Positions 63,537-64,000 of a stretch of 64,000 nt of DNA are shown in pieces. The stretch is from a virus. Every line of letters starts with the position of its first letter. Within the stretch, counting starts at the first letter, position 1. A program made the translations under genes and the position numbers. The DNA lies in the IMG/VR virus record IMGVR_UViG_3300044835_000075, positions 32,001-96,000 of that record; one strand, given 5' to 3'. Under the pieces are notes generated by a model. That model had not been told where the DNA came from. It saw only the letters and a program-made list of their open reading frames with translations, and did no database searches.

Positions 63537-63562
63537 CAAGCCGGTACAGGATCGGCTAATTT
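63533..63562 (+). promoter_or_regulatory. Repeated promoter, class II
   Basis: TTGACA-AGCC-N11-GGC-TAATTT; GTTCCG at +36; contains upstream TGA. Confidence 0.8.
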
Positions 63563-63599
63563 ATTGGTGTTCCGCGACGACACCCCTGAGGAGACCACC

Positions 63600-63845
63600 G
63601 TGAAGACCTGCACCCACTGCGTCATCGAGTTCACCCCGAGCCTCGACGACGAGGGCCAGCCGGTCTACCTCGATTACCACGGTGCCGTGAGCTGTGACAC
63701 CTGCACATGCAGGCTCTGCGGCCACGGACACCCGACGGCCGACGGGCACGAAGACTGCGCGGCGGCTTTCGAGGATGGCAAGCTCGACCCGGCCGATCCC
63801 GACGTCCTGATCGAGATCGCCCGCGACCTCCTCACCGGCGTCTAG
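63600..63845 (+). CDS. Cys-rich small protein
   Basis: GAGGAG RBS. Confidence 0.6.
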   Translation: MKTCTHCVIEFTPSLDDEGQPVYLDYHGAVSCDTCTCRLCGHGHPTADGHEDCAAAFEDGKLDPADPDVLIEIARDLLTGV

Positions 63846-63854
63846 GAACATGCA

Positions 63855-64000
63855 ATGAACAGCAGGCGCGCGCGGCGGCTAGCCACCATCCGGCTAGCCG
63901 CCGCCGCGCGTTCGCTGTCCACCGACGCCGCCGCGTTCGACGAGCTGAACCCCGCCGACCGACGGCGCATAGGCCGCGCGTTCGACGACCTCGCGCACGA
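63855..64000 (+). CDS. hypothetical protein (3' partial)
   Basis: AGGA RBS; open to window end. Confidence 0.4.
   Translation, partial: MNSRRARRLATIRLAAAARSLSTDAAAFDELNPADRRRIGRAFDDLAH

Noticed and set aside
791-63562. Repeated element as a CRISPR array or integron attC sites
   Set aside because: Copies are dispersed with variable cores and promoter geometry; no regular spacers, cas genes, integron integrase or attC-type ends
63867-63910. Inverted repeat containing TAGCC-N7-GGCTA as another operator
   Set aside because: Wrong spacing, no -35 box, and it lies inside a probable CDS at the window edge
1-64000. Integrated prophage boundaries or IS elements
   Set aside because: No integrase, transposase, att duplication or host housekeeping genes seen; lifestyle and host cannot be fixed from this window

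Overview
High-GC, densely packed 64-kb segment of a large actinobacterial phage or phage-plasmid. Evidence: terminase large subunit, tail-spike/fibre-like genes, SF1 and SNF2 helicases, a RepB'-type primase, DEDD exonucleases and about 100 small hypothetical genes. No integrase, portal, capsid or DNA polymerase was recognised. Four things stand out. (1) A family of 28 near-identical promoter elements, TTGACW-AGCC-N11-GGYT. It comes in two spatially segregated variants, one lacking the canonical -11A; each copy is followed at +35..+37 by either GTTCCG or a leaderless ATG. These elements often abut or overlap the upstream stop codon, giving a cassette-like genome. (2) A ~1.6-kb mostly non-coding, hairpin-rich minus-strand unit (35.56-34.0 kb). 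It holds one intact tRNA(CAT) and three aberrant tRNA-like folds that all have an A1.A72 mismatch. (3) A circularly permuted tRNA-like (YrlA/Y-RNA-like) element at 31.9 kb. (4) An AT-rich repeat region next to an HTH gene (candidate origin), plus accessory genes including a class F sortase with a tail-less putative substrate and a MetE-like enzyme. All calls were made by eye from the sequence; no searches or folding programs were run.
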